A DNA stretch of 64,000 nt, from IMG/VR virus record IMGVR_UViG_3300031521_000012, positions 1 to 64,000 of that record; one strand, 5' to 3'. Each line of letters opens with the position of its first letter. Positions within the stretch are counted from its first letter, which is position 1. Positions 35,959-45,678 of this stretch are shown piece by piece. This stretch comes from a virus. The notes under the pieces were generated by a model. The model searched no databases. It had not been told where the DNA came from and saw nothing but the letters and a program-made list of their open reading frames with translations. The translations under genes were made by a program, and so were the position numbers.

Positions 35959-36369
35959 TTATTTTTTTATCGTTTGAATTGGGTCGAATGCACCTTTTTC
36001 GTACTGGTCGATACAACTTCTATTCGGTAAATATAATGGACATTTATGTTCGATACATTTCCCAATGCATTCATAATATATTTTTAACTTTTCTGCTCTT
36101 TTTTCATTTTCAATTGCCAGATCATCCAATGCACGTTTGATATTTTCGGTTTCAATATCCATTAAAATATCTTCTTCGGCTTGTTGAAATCCCATAGCTT
36201 CACGTTCCTCTTGTTCAGCTATTCCAATCCAAACATCGATTTCCTCTTGTTCTGCTTCTTGTTCGGCTAACCATTGAAAATATCTTTCTTCGGCTAGTTT
36301 TACTTCTTCTTTGAATTCTTCATCAGACATGCCGAATGGCTGATAATAAGGGATATAAGGCTCTTCCAT
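35959..36369 (-). CDS. Acidic helical protein
   Basis: E-rich ORF. Confidence 0.75.
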   Translation of the reverse strand: MEEPYIPYYQPFGMSDEEFKEEVKLAEERYFQWLAEQEAEQEEIDVWIGIAEQEEREAMGFQQAEEDILMDIETENIKRALDDLAIENEKRAEKLKIYYECIGKCIEHKCPLYLPNRSCIDQYEKGAFDPIQTIKK

Positions 36370-36378
36370 TGTATTATA

Positions 36379-36585
36379 TTATTGAGAGAGAACTGTAATT
36401 GTTGTTTTTACTATTGGTGTGGAATAGTCCAGAATTGCATCACATATACTGCATTTATACACAATATGATTTGTTTTGTCTTTCTTATTTACATAGCCAC
36501 CAACATAAACCAATGCCACGTGAATGCTTCTAGGAGCATCTTTTTGTTCATCGTCATATCTGTGTTTACATTTAACTTTTTTCAT
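36379..36585 (-). CDS. Small Cys/His protein
   Basis: CKH...CSIC. Confidence 0.65.
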   Translation of the reverse strand: MKKVKCKHRYDDEQKDAPRSIHVALVYVGGYVNKKDKTNHIVYKCSICDAILDYSTPIVKTTITVLSQ

Positions 36586-36591
36586 GATATA

Positions 36592-36882
36592 CTATTTTAG
36601 TTCTCTTCTTAATTCAGTGATGATCGTATATTTATTTTCATATTGAAGTTTTGTATGCTTTATATGATTTTCATTATATCTATGTAAAACATCTACAACA
36701 TCCTTTTTACATAAGATTGCAATATCTTTACCATCTGAATGAAATAATTCATATTCGTTTTTGCATTTCTTTTTGAAATAACACTTAAGACCATAGCTTG
36801 GAATAAATTCCACTTCCAATTCGGTTAATGGTTTATCTAATACATGCATTATTTCTTTTATATGTTCTGCTGTTAGTATCAT
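36592..36882 (-). CDS. Hypothetical protein
   Basis: Co-oriented ORF. Confidence 0.7.
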   Translation of the reverse strand: MILTAEHIKEIMHVLDKPLTELEVEFIPSYGLKCYFKKKCKNEYELFHSDGKDIAILCKKDVVDVLHRYNENHIKHTKLQYENKYTIITELRRELK

Positions 36883-36892
36883 AATATTATAT

Positions 36893-37186
36893 TTAGTTTA
36901 ATGATATATTATATTTTTCCTTATATGTTAAAAGTCCAGCATGTTTGTAATGCAATAATGCTTCAGGTGGATAATCATGGGTAATGTTTTCTTGTGAAGA
37001 AAGTGGAATACACTCAACATTATGATCGTTATAGTTAACAACCATCAACGGAAACTCTGGATTTGATTTTAGAAATACAATTTCAAATATATCGAAATCA
37101 TCAGTTGTTGTATGCCTGATAGTATATTGCCATTTGCATTTGCGTAGGTCATTAGTATTAAATTTATTGCTCTTATATATCATCAT
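36893..37186 (-). CDS. Hypothetical protein
   Basis: Co-oriented ORF. Confidence 0.7.
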   Translation of the reverse strand: MMIYKSNKFNTNDLRKCKWQYTIRHTTTDDFDIFEIVFLKSNPEFPLMVVNYNDHNVECIPLSSQENITHDYPPEALLHYKHAGLLTYKEKYNISLN

Positions 37187-37463
37187 TTTCTTCTATTAAA
37201 TAATTATCAATCACGTGCTTATAATACTTCTTTTCGCAAAACCTAACAGCTTTTTTAACCGTAGTAAATACTTTTTTATCGACAGCCATTATGCCCTGAT
37301 ATGGTATAAGCTGATATACTTGTAGCAAATCGTTACCAAGAATACCAAAAAACACTTTGGTTTTATATTTAGGAGTATAGGCATAATATGCAAATCTTTC
37401 ACCTGCAAATTGATCTTTTCTCCAAACTAAAGGTCTGACCTTATATGATTTACCATTCTTCAT
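37173..37463 (-). CDS. Hypothetical protein
   Basis: Co-oriented ORF. Confidence 0.7.
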   Translation of the reverse strand: MKNGKSYKVRPLVWRKDQFAGERFAYYAYTPKYKTKVFFGILGNDLLQVYQLIPYQGIMAVDKKVFTTVKKAVRFCEKKYYKHVIDNYLIEENDDI

Positions 37464-37788
37464 ACGTCAGTTCATTTAGTTTTATATCTTCAAGTATCAT
37501 TAAGAATTTAGCTAAGGTTTCTTTTTCTAACGTGCAGTTAGTAGTAGAGCACATAGCTAATGTTGGTATCTCAGGCATTACAATATAAGTCTGCTTCATT
37601 TTAATAACAGGATACATATATTCTGCAGATTCAATACTATCCTTCGTTATATCTACGTATATTTGATTTTCAAATTGTTTTTCGACTTCCCTGCGAATTA
37701 TGCGTAGTTCAGGATAGAATATGACATTACTATTGGTAATTCTACTCCAATTTAATAAAACCTGTGCAGCATTAATTGTTTCAATCAT
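37450..37788 (-). CDS. Hypothetical protein
   Basis: Co-oriented ORF. Confidence 0.7.
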   Translation of the reverse strand: MIETINAAQVLLNWSRITNSNVIFYPELRIIRREVEKQFENQIYVDITKDSIESAEYMYPVIKMKQTYIVMPEIPTLAMCSTTNCTLEKETLAKFLMILEDIKLNELTYEEW

Positions 37789-37816
37789 CGTTGTTTTTAT
37801 TTAAAAAGTAATCATG

Positions 37817-38281
37817 TTATATTTCTTCAACAATCCAATCACTTATGCTAGTTTCTCCCATAACTTGACCACGTGAATATTGGCAATCTACATATACTAT
37901 TTTATCTTTTGTTAGCTTATGTATAATACTGTTATTTTCACAATAAACTATAAATGTAGCATAGTTACTTCTTATTGCAGAAGATAATCCATGCACAGTA
38001 GTTTGGTATATTTTACCTCTTTTACTTAAGTTACTTCCATGATATTTATGTGGTTGATAATACATTCCAGTTGGAACATGCTTTAGTTTATATGGATTCA
38101 TAGTGTGATAATTGACTGATATATATATATGAAAAGAAATATGATACATAAATGATAGATATATGATTATCATCATGATAACACAAATGATTTTTTTGAT
38201 TAATGTTTTACTGTTCATGTATAATGAGTAAAACATAAACTCAAAAATGTATAAAAATATTAAGTCGAATATTACACTCAT
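37817..38281 (-). CDS. Hypothetical protein (hydrophobic N-terminus; may start at internal MNPYK)
   Basis: YKLKHVPTGMYYQP...SNLSKRGKIY. Confidence 0.65.
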   Translation of the reverse strand: MSVIFDLIFLYIFEFMFYSLYMNSKTLIKKIICVIMMIIIYLSFMYHISFHIYISVNYHTMNPYKLKHVPTGMYYQPHKYHGSNLSKRGKIYQTTVHGLSSAIRSNYATFIVYCENNSIIHKLTKDKIVYVDCQYSRGQVMGETSISDWIVEEI

Positions 38282-38284
38282 GTT

Positions 38285-38725
38285 TTATTTTTTGTCAAAA
38301 ATTTCACTCCAACAGTATCCCATAACGCATCCAATACCCCATGAAATATAATTAGGTGCTGTAAAAAAATGATCTAGTGCAATCATAACTGCTGTGCATG
38401 CTGCCCAATACAGTCCGTTGATGATAAATTTTTTCATAGAGTTGTTATTTTTAATTAATCTAATATGTTTGATGTCTTGATATTCCTCAGAAATAAGAAT
38501 AAAATTTATTGTTTCTTCTTCAATGAGAAATTCTTTAAGATCAGTTTTACAATAAGAACGATATGATTCTTGAGTTAAGGGATTATAGCATCTATAGCCA
38601 TGTGCATAGGTTTTAATAGCATAAATAAGATCGCTTTTTCCAGTAAATTCCAGCCTATTATTTATATTAATAGAATTAATAAGATGGTCAAGAGTGCATT
38701 TTATTAGCTTAATTTTATTTTTCAC
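38285..38725 (-). CDS. Hypothetical protein with hydrophobic C-terminus
   Basis: Co-oriented ORF. Confidence 0.65.
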   Translation of the reverse strand: MKNKIKLIKCTLDHLINSININNRLEFTGKSDLIYAIKTYAHGYRCYNPLTQESYRSYCKTDLKEFLIEEETINFILISEEYQDIKHIRLIKNNNSMKKFIINGLYWAACTAVMIALDHFFTAPNYISWGIGCVMGYCWSEIFDKK

Positions 38726-38727
38726 GG

Positions 38728-38979
38728 TTATTTTGTTATTTCGATTTCTTCCTTAGTTTCAGTTATGAGAGTATAGATGGTATGGCGATCATTTTTATAC
38801 AAATGTAATATCAAATCATCAATTTTATAATGAAACATAGTTTTGGCATTTACATGCTCAACAGTATAATCATCCCAATTTTTTCTTATAACCTCAATAA
38901 AGCCAGAGTTTTGACACTCAAGCCTTGTGTTTTTAGTAATACTACTAATCACTTGCGATACACTAAGTCTGCTTTTCAT
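38728..38979 (-). CDS. Hypothetical protein
   Basis: Co-oriented ORF. Confidence 0.7.
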   Translation of the reverse strand: MKSRLSVSQVISSITKNTRLECQNSGFIEVIRKNWDDYTVEHVNAKTMFHYKIDDLILHLYKNDRHTIYTLITETKEEIEITK

Positions 38980-39209
38980 GATGTTTTATTATTAAACCAA
39001 TCCCTAATAGTATCGAGTACATCATAAGACATATTAAATATATTCTGTGCAGCATCAGCACCTTTGTTCCCCCAAATAATCCACGATAACGGCATTATAA
39101 CAATCAACGAAACAAAATACGCTGTCGTCACTGTCAAATATACTATAGTGAATACGACTTGTATTAGTCGCAATATAATATTGAAAATAAACTTACCTAC
39201 TGTATTCAT
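38976..39209 (-). CDS. Small membrane protein
   Basis: Long hydrophobic segment. Confidence 0.7.
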   Translation of the reverse strand: MNTVGKFIFNIILRLIQVVFTIVYLTVTTAYFVSLIVIMPLSWIIWGNKGADAAQNIFNMSYDVLDTIRDWFNNKTS

Positions 39210-39591
39210 TGTGCCATTTTATAAATTCAACAACTGCTTCCCAACAAGCATCAATTAATGTATCTGCTTGATGTAGCGAAAAACCATTTAAACTTACCAT
39301 TATTTGTCCTGTTTCATCATTTAGCATTCCAAAGGAACGTGGATATGAATGCTCAACATAGACAATTCCATCACCAACTTTTATCCTGCAAATCTTTTCA
39401 ACTACTGCCATTAATCCATTCCAATCTTTATGAAAGTATAGTTGATCTTCATCACAACCATTTACATTATCGATTTCACATTCTTGCCATAGAGTTTCTA
39501 TATTGCCATTAAGTTTAAATGGTAATAGCTTTGCTCCCATGTATATAGCGATAAGTTTATTTCCTTCGAGTACTTCTACAAGTGCTTTCAT
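39193..39591 (-). CDS. Family-B paralogue
   Basis: GNKLIAIYMG...FHKDWNGLMAVVEKI...WEAVVEFIKWHN. Confidence 0.8.
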   Translation of the reverse strand: MKALVEVLEGNKLIAIYMGAKLLPFKLNGNIETLWQECEIDNVNGCDEDQLYFHKDWNGLMAVVEKICRIKVGDGIVYVEHSYPRSFGMLNDETGQIMVSLNGFSLHQADTLIDACWEAVVEFIKWHNEYSR

Positions 39592-39595
39592 AATA

Positions 39596-39997
39596 CTATG
39601 GATTTGATCGACCTATGTTTTTGTTATACCAGTTGATATATTTAACAACAGCTTTCCATACTGCTTCAATTTTAGACTCTGATGAACTACTGACAAATGC
39701 GCCACCAATATAATCAACAGAAGCTCTATTTGGATAGAATATAACAAACCATTTATAAATAATATCAACCTTATTTACCTTAATAATTATGCTCATTGGA
39801 ACTTTGCTCTCGTCTTCAATCTTATTAACAACAAGCATTAACCAATCCCATGAACGATCATACATTAATTGATTGGGTTCAAATATTAATCCCGATTCAT
39901 CATCAAGCATATATCTTCCATACATGGTTTTTTTTGCACCAATGTAAATGGCAATTAGCTCGTTGCCGATTGTAATTTCTTCTGGTTCTTGCATCAC
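39596..39997 (-). CDS. Family-B paralogue
   Basis: GNELIAIYIG...SWDWLMLVVNKIE...WKAVVKYINWYN. Confidence 0.8.
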   Translation of the reverse strand: MMQEPEEITIGNELIAIYIGAKKTMYGRYMLDDESGLIFEPNQLMYDRSWDWLMLVVNKIEDESKVPMSIIIKVNKVDIIYKWFVIFYPNRASVDYIGGAFVSSSSESKIEAVWKAVVKYINWYNKNIGRSNP

Positions 39998-40383
39998 TTA
40001 TATTTTTTGATGATATCAATAAGTTTTTTTAAAATATTCAAATCGACTTTATCTCTTTGCTGAATTTCATATAGCTTATTGATTTGTGATTCTTTTAACC
40101 ATCCCAAATTCTTTTGTGCCATAAGACCAGTTAAAAAGCCATGATCGCTACTATTAGCTGTTAACTTAAGTTGTTTACGAATCATGGTGAATATGCCATG
40201 CATACGACCTTCTGGTGCTCTTTCGCATTCAGGCGTATCTTTTACATAGATCAATACCTTGCAAACTAAAGGATCACTCAATGCACGATTTAATGATGTT
40301 GGAATATCAATTCTTGAAATGTTAGTATCTGCGACATACTCCCATAGCTTATCTTTAGGTATTATTTTTTTTATCCGTATCAT
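39994..40383 (-). CDS. Hypothetical protein
   Basis: ORF behind promoter. Confidence 0.75.
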   Translation of the reverse strand: MIRIKKIIPKDKLWEYVADTNISRIDIPTSLNRALSDPLVCKVLIYVKDTPECERAPEGRMHGIFTMIRKQLKLTANSSDHGFLTGLMAQKNLGWLKESQINKLYEIQQRDKVDLNILKKLIDIIKKYK

Positions 40384-40408
40384 TTGATAATTATTAGTGT
40401 TAATATCT

Positions 40409-40439
40409 ATTATACGTATGAGAGTATGAAAAGGTTACA
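40409..40439 (-). promoter_or_regulatory. ECF-type phage promoter
   Basis: TGTAAC-N17-CGTATAAT on minus strand. Confidence 0.85.
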
Positions 40440-40450
40440 AATCATCACTT

Positions 40451-40909
40451 TTATTTTTTGATTTTATATTCAATTTTATCAAAAAATAAAAGTGATCTAT
40501 TGATGAACCTACGGTGTTTAATCAATTTGTTTTGTTCTGATCGAGATTCATCATTTAGAATTTTATATGTACGTTCTGCTTCAAAATGATCAGGATAGAT
40601 TTGCAATTCCCATTCATTTATTTCATCTTCGACAGTATCTACTTCCCTAGCCAATAAAAACATAATATATTTATGCACCTTTTGACCGATGATATTCTGG
40701 CAATTATCAATTTCAGTAATTAGTAATTGATACACAGCGATTTTATCTTCAATCTTAGCAAGATCAGCTTGTAATAGGGTATAGTTTTCATCATCACAGC
40801 TATAGCCACTTCGATTAAAAGCATTGATTAGTGTACTCGATTTAAATCCTAACGCAGTTATCTTCTCATGAATCAAATCCTTTAGTAAGTCAACATATAT
40901 TCTATCCAT
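40451..40909 (-). CDS. Hypothetical helical protein
   Basis: Co-oriented ORF. Confidence 0.75.
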   Translation of the reverse strand: MDRIYVDLLKDLIHEKITALGFKSSTLINAFNRSGYSCDDENYTLLQADLAKIEDKIAVYQLLITEIDNCQNIIGQKVHKYIMFLLAREVDTVEDEINEWELQIYPDHFEAERTYKILNDESRSEQNKLIKHRRFINRSLLFFDKIEYKIKK

Positions 40910-40911
40910 GA

Positions 40912-41142
40912 TTAATCTTGTTTAAATGTTAATATAATACCGATGCCCGCTTCGATCTCAAAAACACAGTCATTGCCACGATAGCCTCTGTAAACAGTAA
41001 TCTGGCTATTGGTTGATATTTGCTTCTTTTCTTCATTAATTGTATCAACTTGTGTTGGGGAATTTTTATATTCTGGATTAGTAATATAATAATTCATATT
41101 TCTATCTTTACCTACTTGAATTGATGTTATAATATTTGCCAT
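40912..41142 (-). CDS. Hypothetical protein
   Basis: Co-oriented ORF. Confidence 0.7.
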   Translation of the reverse strand: MANIITSIQVGKDRNMNYYITNPEYKNSPTQVDTINEEKKQISTNSQITVYRGYRGNDCVFEIEAGIGIILTFKQD

Positions 41143-41145
41143 AGC

Positions 41146-41883
41146 TTATTTATTATACACTTTATTATACCATTCAACCACCAAGACCACCATTTTCCAA
41201 ACACATTCGATTTTAGTTAAGTCAGAATCAAAAATATTACTATTAACTAAATCACCAGATACTCTTAGTTTGCTATGACTTTTATAATAGATTGCTTCAT
41301 AAAACAATGATGAATCATCTTCATTCTTATAATTTGCATATACATGGCTTTCAGTTATATGAAATCCAGCACAGTCAGGTAGATTTTCAAGTTTTTGAAC
41401 AATAGGCATTAACCATTCCCATGTATTGTGATAAATAAATTCGTTTGGTTCAAATATACCACAACCATCTTGCATGTAATATCCTTGTGGATATGCTTCT
41501 GGTGCATCATTAATAAATTCCCATCCATCAAATAATGCAATAAGTTCGTTTCCTCTTAAAATTTCTTCTGATGTTAGCGCCATTTTTTTATATGTTTGAG
41601 TATTATAGCTTTCAATATAATTCACAACTTGTGTCCAAGTGTACCGAATATTTACTTCTAACACACCTTCTTTGATTTCGCTGATTGAAATACCAGAAAC
41701 AGGCATTTCATTAAGAATTTTCTTAACAACAGGCATTAGCCAATTCCATTCAGCATGGTATTTAGCCCACGTTTTAATTGGTTCACACCTTTCGGAACTT
41801 GTTTCAACGTTAACTTCATCACCGTTTTTATAACCCATAAATTTGGCAATTAATTCGTTACCTATATAGATATTCGTTATCAT
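41146..41883 (-). CDS. Family-B double-domain protein
   Basis: Two GNELIA...YH..W.WLMP.V.K repeats. Confidence 0.8.
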   Translation of the reverse strand: MITNIYIGNELIAKFMGYKNGDEVNVETSSERCEPIKTWAKYHAEWNWLMPVVKKILNEMPVSGISISEIKEGVLEVNIRYTWTQVVNYIESYNTQTYKKMALTSEEILRGNELIALFDGWEFINDAPEAYPQGYYMQDGCGIFEPNEFIYHNTWEWLMPIVQKLENLPDCAGFHITESHVYANYKNEDDSSLFYEAIYYKSHSKLRVSGDLVNSNIFDSDLTKIECVWKMVVLVVEWYNKVYNK

Positions 41884-42131
41884 TTGCTTTCCCTTTCTCC
41901 ATCAATAAATGCTTGTTGTGTAGCCCGACTAAACTTAATCAGGTCTTCGAGTGTTAGATCATAATAACCTCTCACATATAATTCAATTGCACCAATCATA
42001 TCCGATAATTCACATATGGTTAGTATTTTATCTCCTTGCTCAATAGCATCCAACAATTCCAAATATTCTTCGGTTATTTTAGATACTTCACCTATTTTGC
42101 CTTTAGGAATTTTATTTTTATGATATGCCAT
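41880..42131 (-). CDS. MazG-like (all-alpha NTP pyrophosphatase) small protein
   Basis: KITEEYLELLDA...ELSDMIGAI; likely start MAYHK. Confidence 0.65.
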   Translation of the reverse strand: MAYHKNKIPKGKIGEVSKITEEYLELLDAIEQGDKILTICELSDMIGAIELYVRGYYDLTLEDLIKFSRATQQAFIDGERESK

Positions 42132-42132
42132 A

Positions 42133-42381
42133 TTATTCTTTCTTTTTAAATAATGCAATCAATTCCTGCTGTTTTTCATTAGTCATGAACCTATCAATAT
42201 CAGCTTCAATTTTTTTATAAATTCCTTCCCCATAATTTCCCAACGGACACCAATCAGGAATTGGAACTTCTTCTACTATTGGGTCAGTCTTATGTACAAT
42301 TAATTTATGACACATACGACATTCAACATTAATTTCATATTGACGTGGTAATATAGAAGCAATTGCTTCCATATGGGGCAT
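42133..42381 (-). CDS. Hypothetical protein
   Basis: CRMC...IPDWCPL. Confidence 0.65.
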   Translation of the reverse strand: MPHMEAIASILPRQYEINVECRMCHKLIVHKTDPIVEEVPIPDWCPLGNYGEGIYKKIEADIDRFMTNEKQQELIALFKKKE

Positions 42382-42422
42382 TCATTACAGCTATCAATTT
42401 TTATTATCTTTGTCATAATATT

Positions 42423-42980
42423 TTATTTTATCAATCCTAATTCAATTCCGTTGATGGTGCTGGAAAATCTTGGTTCAGCACAGCCAGTACCATAAATCCA
42501 ATGAAGAAAGCTTGTTCGTCTTATTCCATAGCTTCCTAACTCAATATTATTTACTTTAATATCGAATTGCTGATTACCAGTGCATTCAATATAGCAGTCA
42601 GGTAATCTACCACGAAAGAAGAACATCGCAGTATCAACTAATTTAGTTAATTCACTACCAGTTACATCATCAGTTATGATAAGTTCGTTCTTCATGAAGT
42701 ATTTCGTATGCGTTTCATCAAATTCTTCAAACCTAAAACATGGTGTGATTGTTTGATACTTGCCTTTAGTTAAAAAACATTTAAGATATTGATAGAGAAA
42801 CGACTGCTCGCCTGATGCAACCAAACACTTATCATTATGCTTTAACTGCATGTTAATTCTGTCTTTGGGCTTGGTGATATCATCAATAGCTTTACTGACA
42901 GTCCACGGTGTTTCAATACGTGTGAAGCCACATGCTTCGTAGTACTTAACTGATTCATCCAATATTTTATAATCGATCAT
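42423..42980 (-). CDS. Stand-alone class II aminoacyl-tRNA-synthetase-like catalytic domain
   Basis: Motif 1 GFTRIETP, LVASGEQ, motif 2 CFRFE...YFMKNE, motif 3 ELGSYG...GTGCAEPR; no anticodon-binding domain. Confidence 0.75.
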   Translation of the reverse strand: MIDYKILDESVKYYEACGFTRIETPWTVSKAIDDITKPKDRINMQLKHNDKCLVASGEQSFLYQYLKCFLTKGKYQTITPCFRFEEFDETHTKYFMKNELIITDDVTGSELTKLVDTAMFFFRGRLPDCYIECTGNQQFDIKVNNIELGSYGIRRTSFLHWIYGTGCAEPRFSSTINGIELGLIK

Positions 42981-43195
42981 CGGTTTTTATTTAGAAATTT
43001 CTATTGTAAATGTTTTCATATGTAATTATTTTAAATGTTTAGGTTTTCTAAAAATTAGATAGAATGGAAATAAAACCCATGCTATAATATAGCCTAGAAG
43101 GGTACATAGCATAACCAAAATGAATATTGGTATTACGATGAAAGCTCTAGCTATTAATAATAATATTTCTGTTTTTTGTAAACTATTTTTCATTT

Positions 43196-43639
43196 TTATA
43201 TAAATTTTTCGTTACAAATACTACATATGTAAGTCATGTCGTTATCACTTCCACATAAAATCATTGCTGATCTACCATCAGGAAGTATATGATTACAACT
43301 ATTTACAACAGGTACTTTGGGATTTGCGTTTAAGAACGTATTAAGCTCTTTCATATCAAATTCACTTAATTTACCAAATACACAAACACCATCCCCATCA
43401 AAGTATCTATCAATAACAGTAATGGTATAATTTTTAAACATATCGATTAATGCTTTATTGTTTTTTTCCTTAGTGGCAAAAATTTGAATATATTTAAGCC
43501 AAAATGGATTATACACTAAAGTAATCTTATCGTTAGCCATTAAATGTAATGCAAACTTAATATCGATATTGATAATAATATCACCATGTGCTGTATTAAT
43601 AATTAAATCAGCAGATGTTTTTCCATAGAATTTCTTCAT
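43196..43639 (-). CDS. Hypothetical protein with C-terminal Cys/His knuckle
   Basis: CNH...CSIC. Confidence 0.7.
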   Translation of the reverse strand: MKKFYGKTSADLIINTAHGDIIINIDIKFALHLMANDKITLVYNPFWLKYIQIFATKEKNNKALIDMFKNYTITVIDRYFDGDGVCVFGKLSEFDMKELNTFLNANPKVPVVNSCNHILPDGRSAMILCGSDNDMTYICSICNEKFI

Positions 43640-43641
43640 GA

Positions 43642-43968
43642 TTATAATATTGTAGTTGTTTTCACTTGTTTATTAAAAATTAATTGATCATATCCAATCT
43701 TAATTGAAATATCCTTTTCGCAGTCTTCAATATTTTCATACTTAGTACTAGTAAACGTACTCCAAAAGTTATCATATTTTCTTTCAACTAAATATCGAAG
43801 TGTTCCATCATTTAGTTCCTGTCGTATAATTCTGTAAACATGCAACTTGCTTTCATATGTTTTAAAAGTGGGTTCTACTACTTCTGGTATTGATGCATGT
43901 TTACATAGACGATTAAGTAATGCCCATTTTTGACGTTCAACATCGAGCAAGTTTTTAAATATCCCCAT
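43642..43968 (-). CDS. Family-C paralogue
   Basis: YRIIRQELNDG...VKTTTIL. Confidence 0.8.
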   Translation of the reverse strand: MGIFKNLLDVERQKWALLNRLCKHASIPEVVEPTFKTYESKLHVYRIIRQELNDGTLRYLVERKYDNFWSTFTSTKYENIEDCEKDISIKIGYDQLIFNKQVKTTTIL

Positions 43969-43970
43969 GA

Positions 43971-44297
43971 TTATAATATCGTTTTTGTTTTAATCAAAGT
44001 TTGAAATATTTGCATATCGCTTTTAACGTATTCTTCGATCTTTTCTTCGGCATCCTCAAACGTGTTTAATTTAAGTTCACTGCCAGCTTTATTAGCCAGT
44101 GTGTTCCAACCTTCAGTAGCTTCTTTCTCTGTTTCAAGTGGGACTACTTTTTTAAATTCAATACAGTAGTGAACAACGCCATTATTTAATTCATATTTCG
44201 CAACACGATAGTTATGTAATGGAGATATATAACGTTTAAATCCCGACTTCTTTTCCTTCTTTGTGGGAAATGATTCACCTTCTAAATGTAATAGCAT
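43971..44297 (-). CDS. Family-C paralogue
   Basis: YRVAKYELNNG...IKTKTIL. Confidence 0.8.
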   Translation of the reverse strand: MLLHLEGESFPTKKEKKSGFKRYISPLHNYRVAKYELNNGVVHYCIEFKKVVPLETEKEATEGWNTLANKAGSELKLNTFEDAEEKIEEYVKSDMQIFQTLIKTKTIL

Positions 44298-44311
44298 AAT
44301 ATTATGTTTAA

Positions 44312-44584
44312 TTATAATATCTCAACACTTTTAACATCACGTGGGTCGTATTTTAGCGACTTGGCGTAATATTCAACTTCTTTAGCAATTTCTTCGTTGA
44401 TGAATTCTAATGCTAACTTTTTAGTTGGGTATTCAGTCACCAACATACGCCATGAATTTTTATGTGGCTTATCGGAAGACGTTATGTATTCAATACGAAA
44501 GATCAGATTGCCTGTATTGAATACGATTTTAACTATTCGATATTGCGTTGATGGACTTTGATAAATGGTGTAGCTTGATTTCAT
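44312..44584 (-). CDS. Family-C paralogue
   Basis: YQSP..YRIVK...VKSVEIL. Confidence 0.75.
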   Translation of the reverse strand: MKSSYTIYQSPSTQYRIVKIVFNTGNLIFRIEYITSSDKPHKNSWRMLVTEYPTKKLALEFINEEIAKEVEYYAKSLKYDPRDVKSVEIL

Positions 44585-44586
44585 TG

Positions 44587-44889
44587 TTATAGTATTGTTG
44601 TTTTTTTTAATTTCATTCCGTGCATTTGATCGTCAGATTTAATCAATTTGGCTATAAGTTTTTCGGTATCGCCAAATGCTGAAAAATCCAAATTTAGAAT
44701 ATTGCTATCGTCCATAACAGGTCTCCAATTGTTTTCGAATTCATCAGCAGCATTACGCTTTTCAATAGTATAAAATATTCTACCATTATTTAGCTCATGC
44801 TTTAAAATGCGATAATTATTTAATATGCTATGATAAATGGTGTAATTTCCATTTGGATTATCATCGATTATTTTATCTTTCTTGCTCAT
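44587..44889 (-). CDS. Family-C paralogue
   Basis: YRILKHELNNG...LKKTTIL. Confidence 0.8.
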   Translation of the reverse strand: MSKKDKIIDDNPNGNYTIYHSILNNYRILKHELNNGRIFYTIEKRNAADEFENNWRPVMDDSNILNLDFSAFGDTEKLIAKLIKSDDQMHGMKLKKTTIL

Positions 44890-45227
44890 TATAATATTTC
44901 TTTTTTGATTATTTTCTTTTGTTCGTCTTTAATATGTCGTTCTAAATCAGATTGAATATGCTCGTCAATACAGGCTATAGCTTGCTCAAATGTTTCAAAA
45001 CCAGCATCAGAGCCAATTCTATATTCATATGTTCTCCAAAGTCCATTAACATCTTTATGCCCCAAATAATACTCTTCAGCCTGAGCATGTAGATGTTGAA
45101 CCTCAAACTCCGAAGTATTATTAGCTCTTGTGGTTTTAACTATTCTATAAATGCAAGTAGGACTTCTGTAAACAGTAAAGCCATATTTATCATCATTTGT
45201 CATATCACTCCCATTTATATATTTCAT
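44889..45227 (-). CDS. Family-C paralogue
   Basis: YRSP..YRIVK...IKKEIL. Confidence 0.75.
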   Translation of the reverse strand: MKYINGSDMTNDDKYGFTVYRSPTCIYRIVKTTRANNTSEFEVQHLHAQAEEYYLGHKDVNGLWRTYEYRIGSDAGFETFEQAIACIDEHIQSDLERHIKDEQKKIIKKEIL

Positions 45228-45660
45228 TTATATCATTCAAAACTTGGTTGCCACCGAATCTACCAATCATAACTTCTGCATCATTAGAAACAATTACGTT
45301 TTCACATATAATATCTCCACCATATATTTTAGAGTTGCCTGATACATTTACATTATTGAAAACTCTAGCTTCATCATATATCATTGCAGTTCCATGAACT
45401 TTAGCATTGCCAGATACTCTACTCTCTCCAAATACCCTTGCTTTACCGAATATAACTGCGTTACCAAAGACTATTGCATTGCCGAATACTTGTGCCTCAT
45501 TTGCCACCCAAGCCTCGTCTAAGAGGTTTAATTCGCTTTGAATCCAACCACCCTTATGACCTGCTTTTCCCCATTTGCAATCAACAATTAATTCAATACG
45601 AAATACTTTAACTCCGTAGTCATTAATTTTAAATTCATCGGTGAGTTTATAGATATTCAT
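45205..45660 (-). CDS. Hexapeptide-repeat (left-handed beta-helix) protein
   Basis: GGWIQSE.NL then repeated (V/I)xG(N/E)A(R/K/I) hexapeptides. Confidence 0.8.
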   Translation of the reverse strand: MNIYKLTDEFKINDYGVKVFRIELIVDCKWGKAGHKGGWIQSELNLLDEAWVANEAQVFGNAIVFGNAVIFGKARVFGESRVSGNAKVHGTAMIYDEARVFNNVNVSGNSKIYGGDIICENVIVSNDAEVMIGRFGGNQVLNDINEIYKWE

Positions 45661-45678
45661 TCTAATATAGTTTCATTA

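Noticed and set aside
34522-38979. A fourth paralogue family among small ORFs ending in E-I/L-E-I/L-like tails
   Set aside because: Similarity too weak to support by eye
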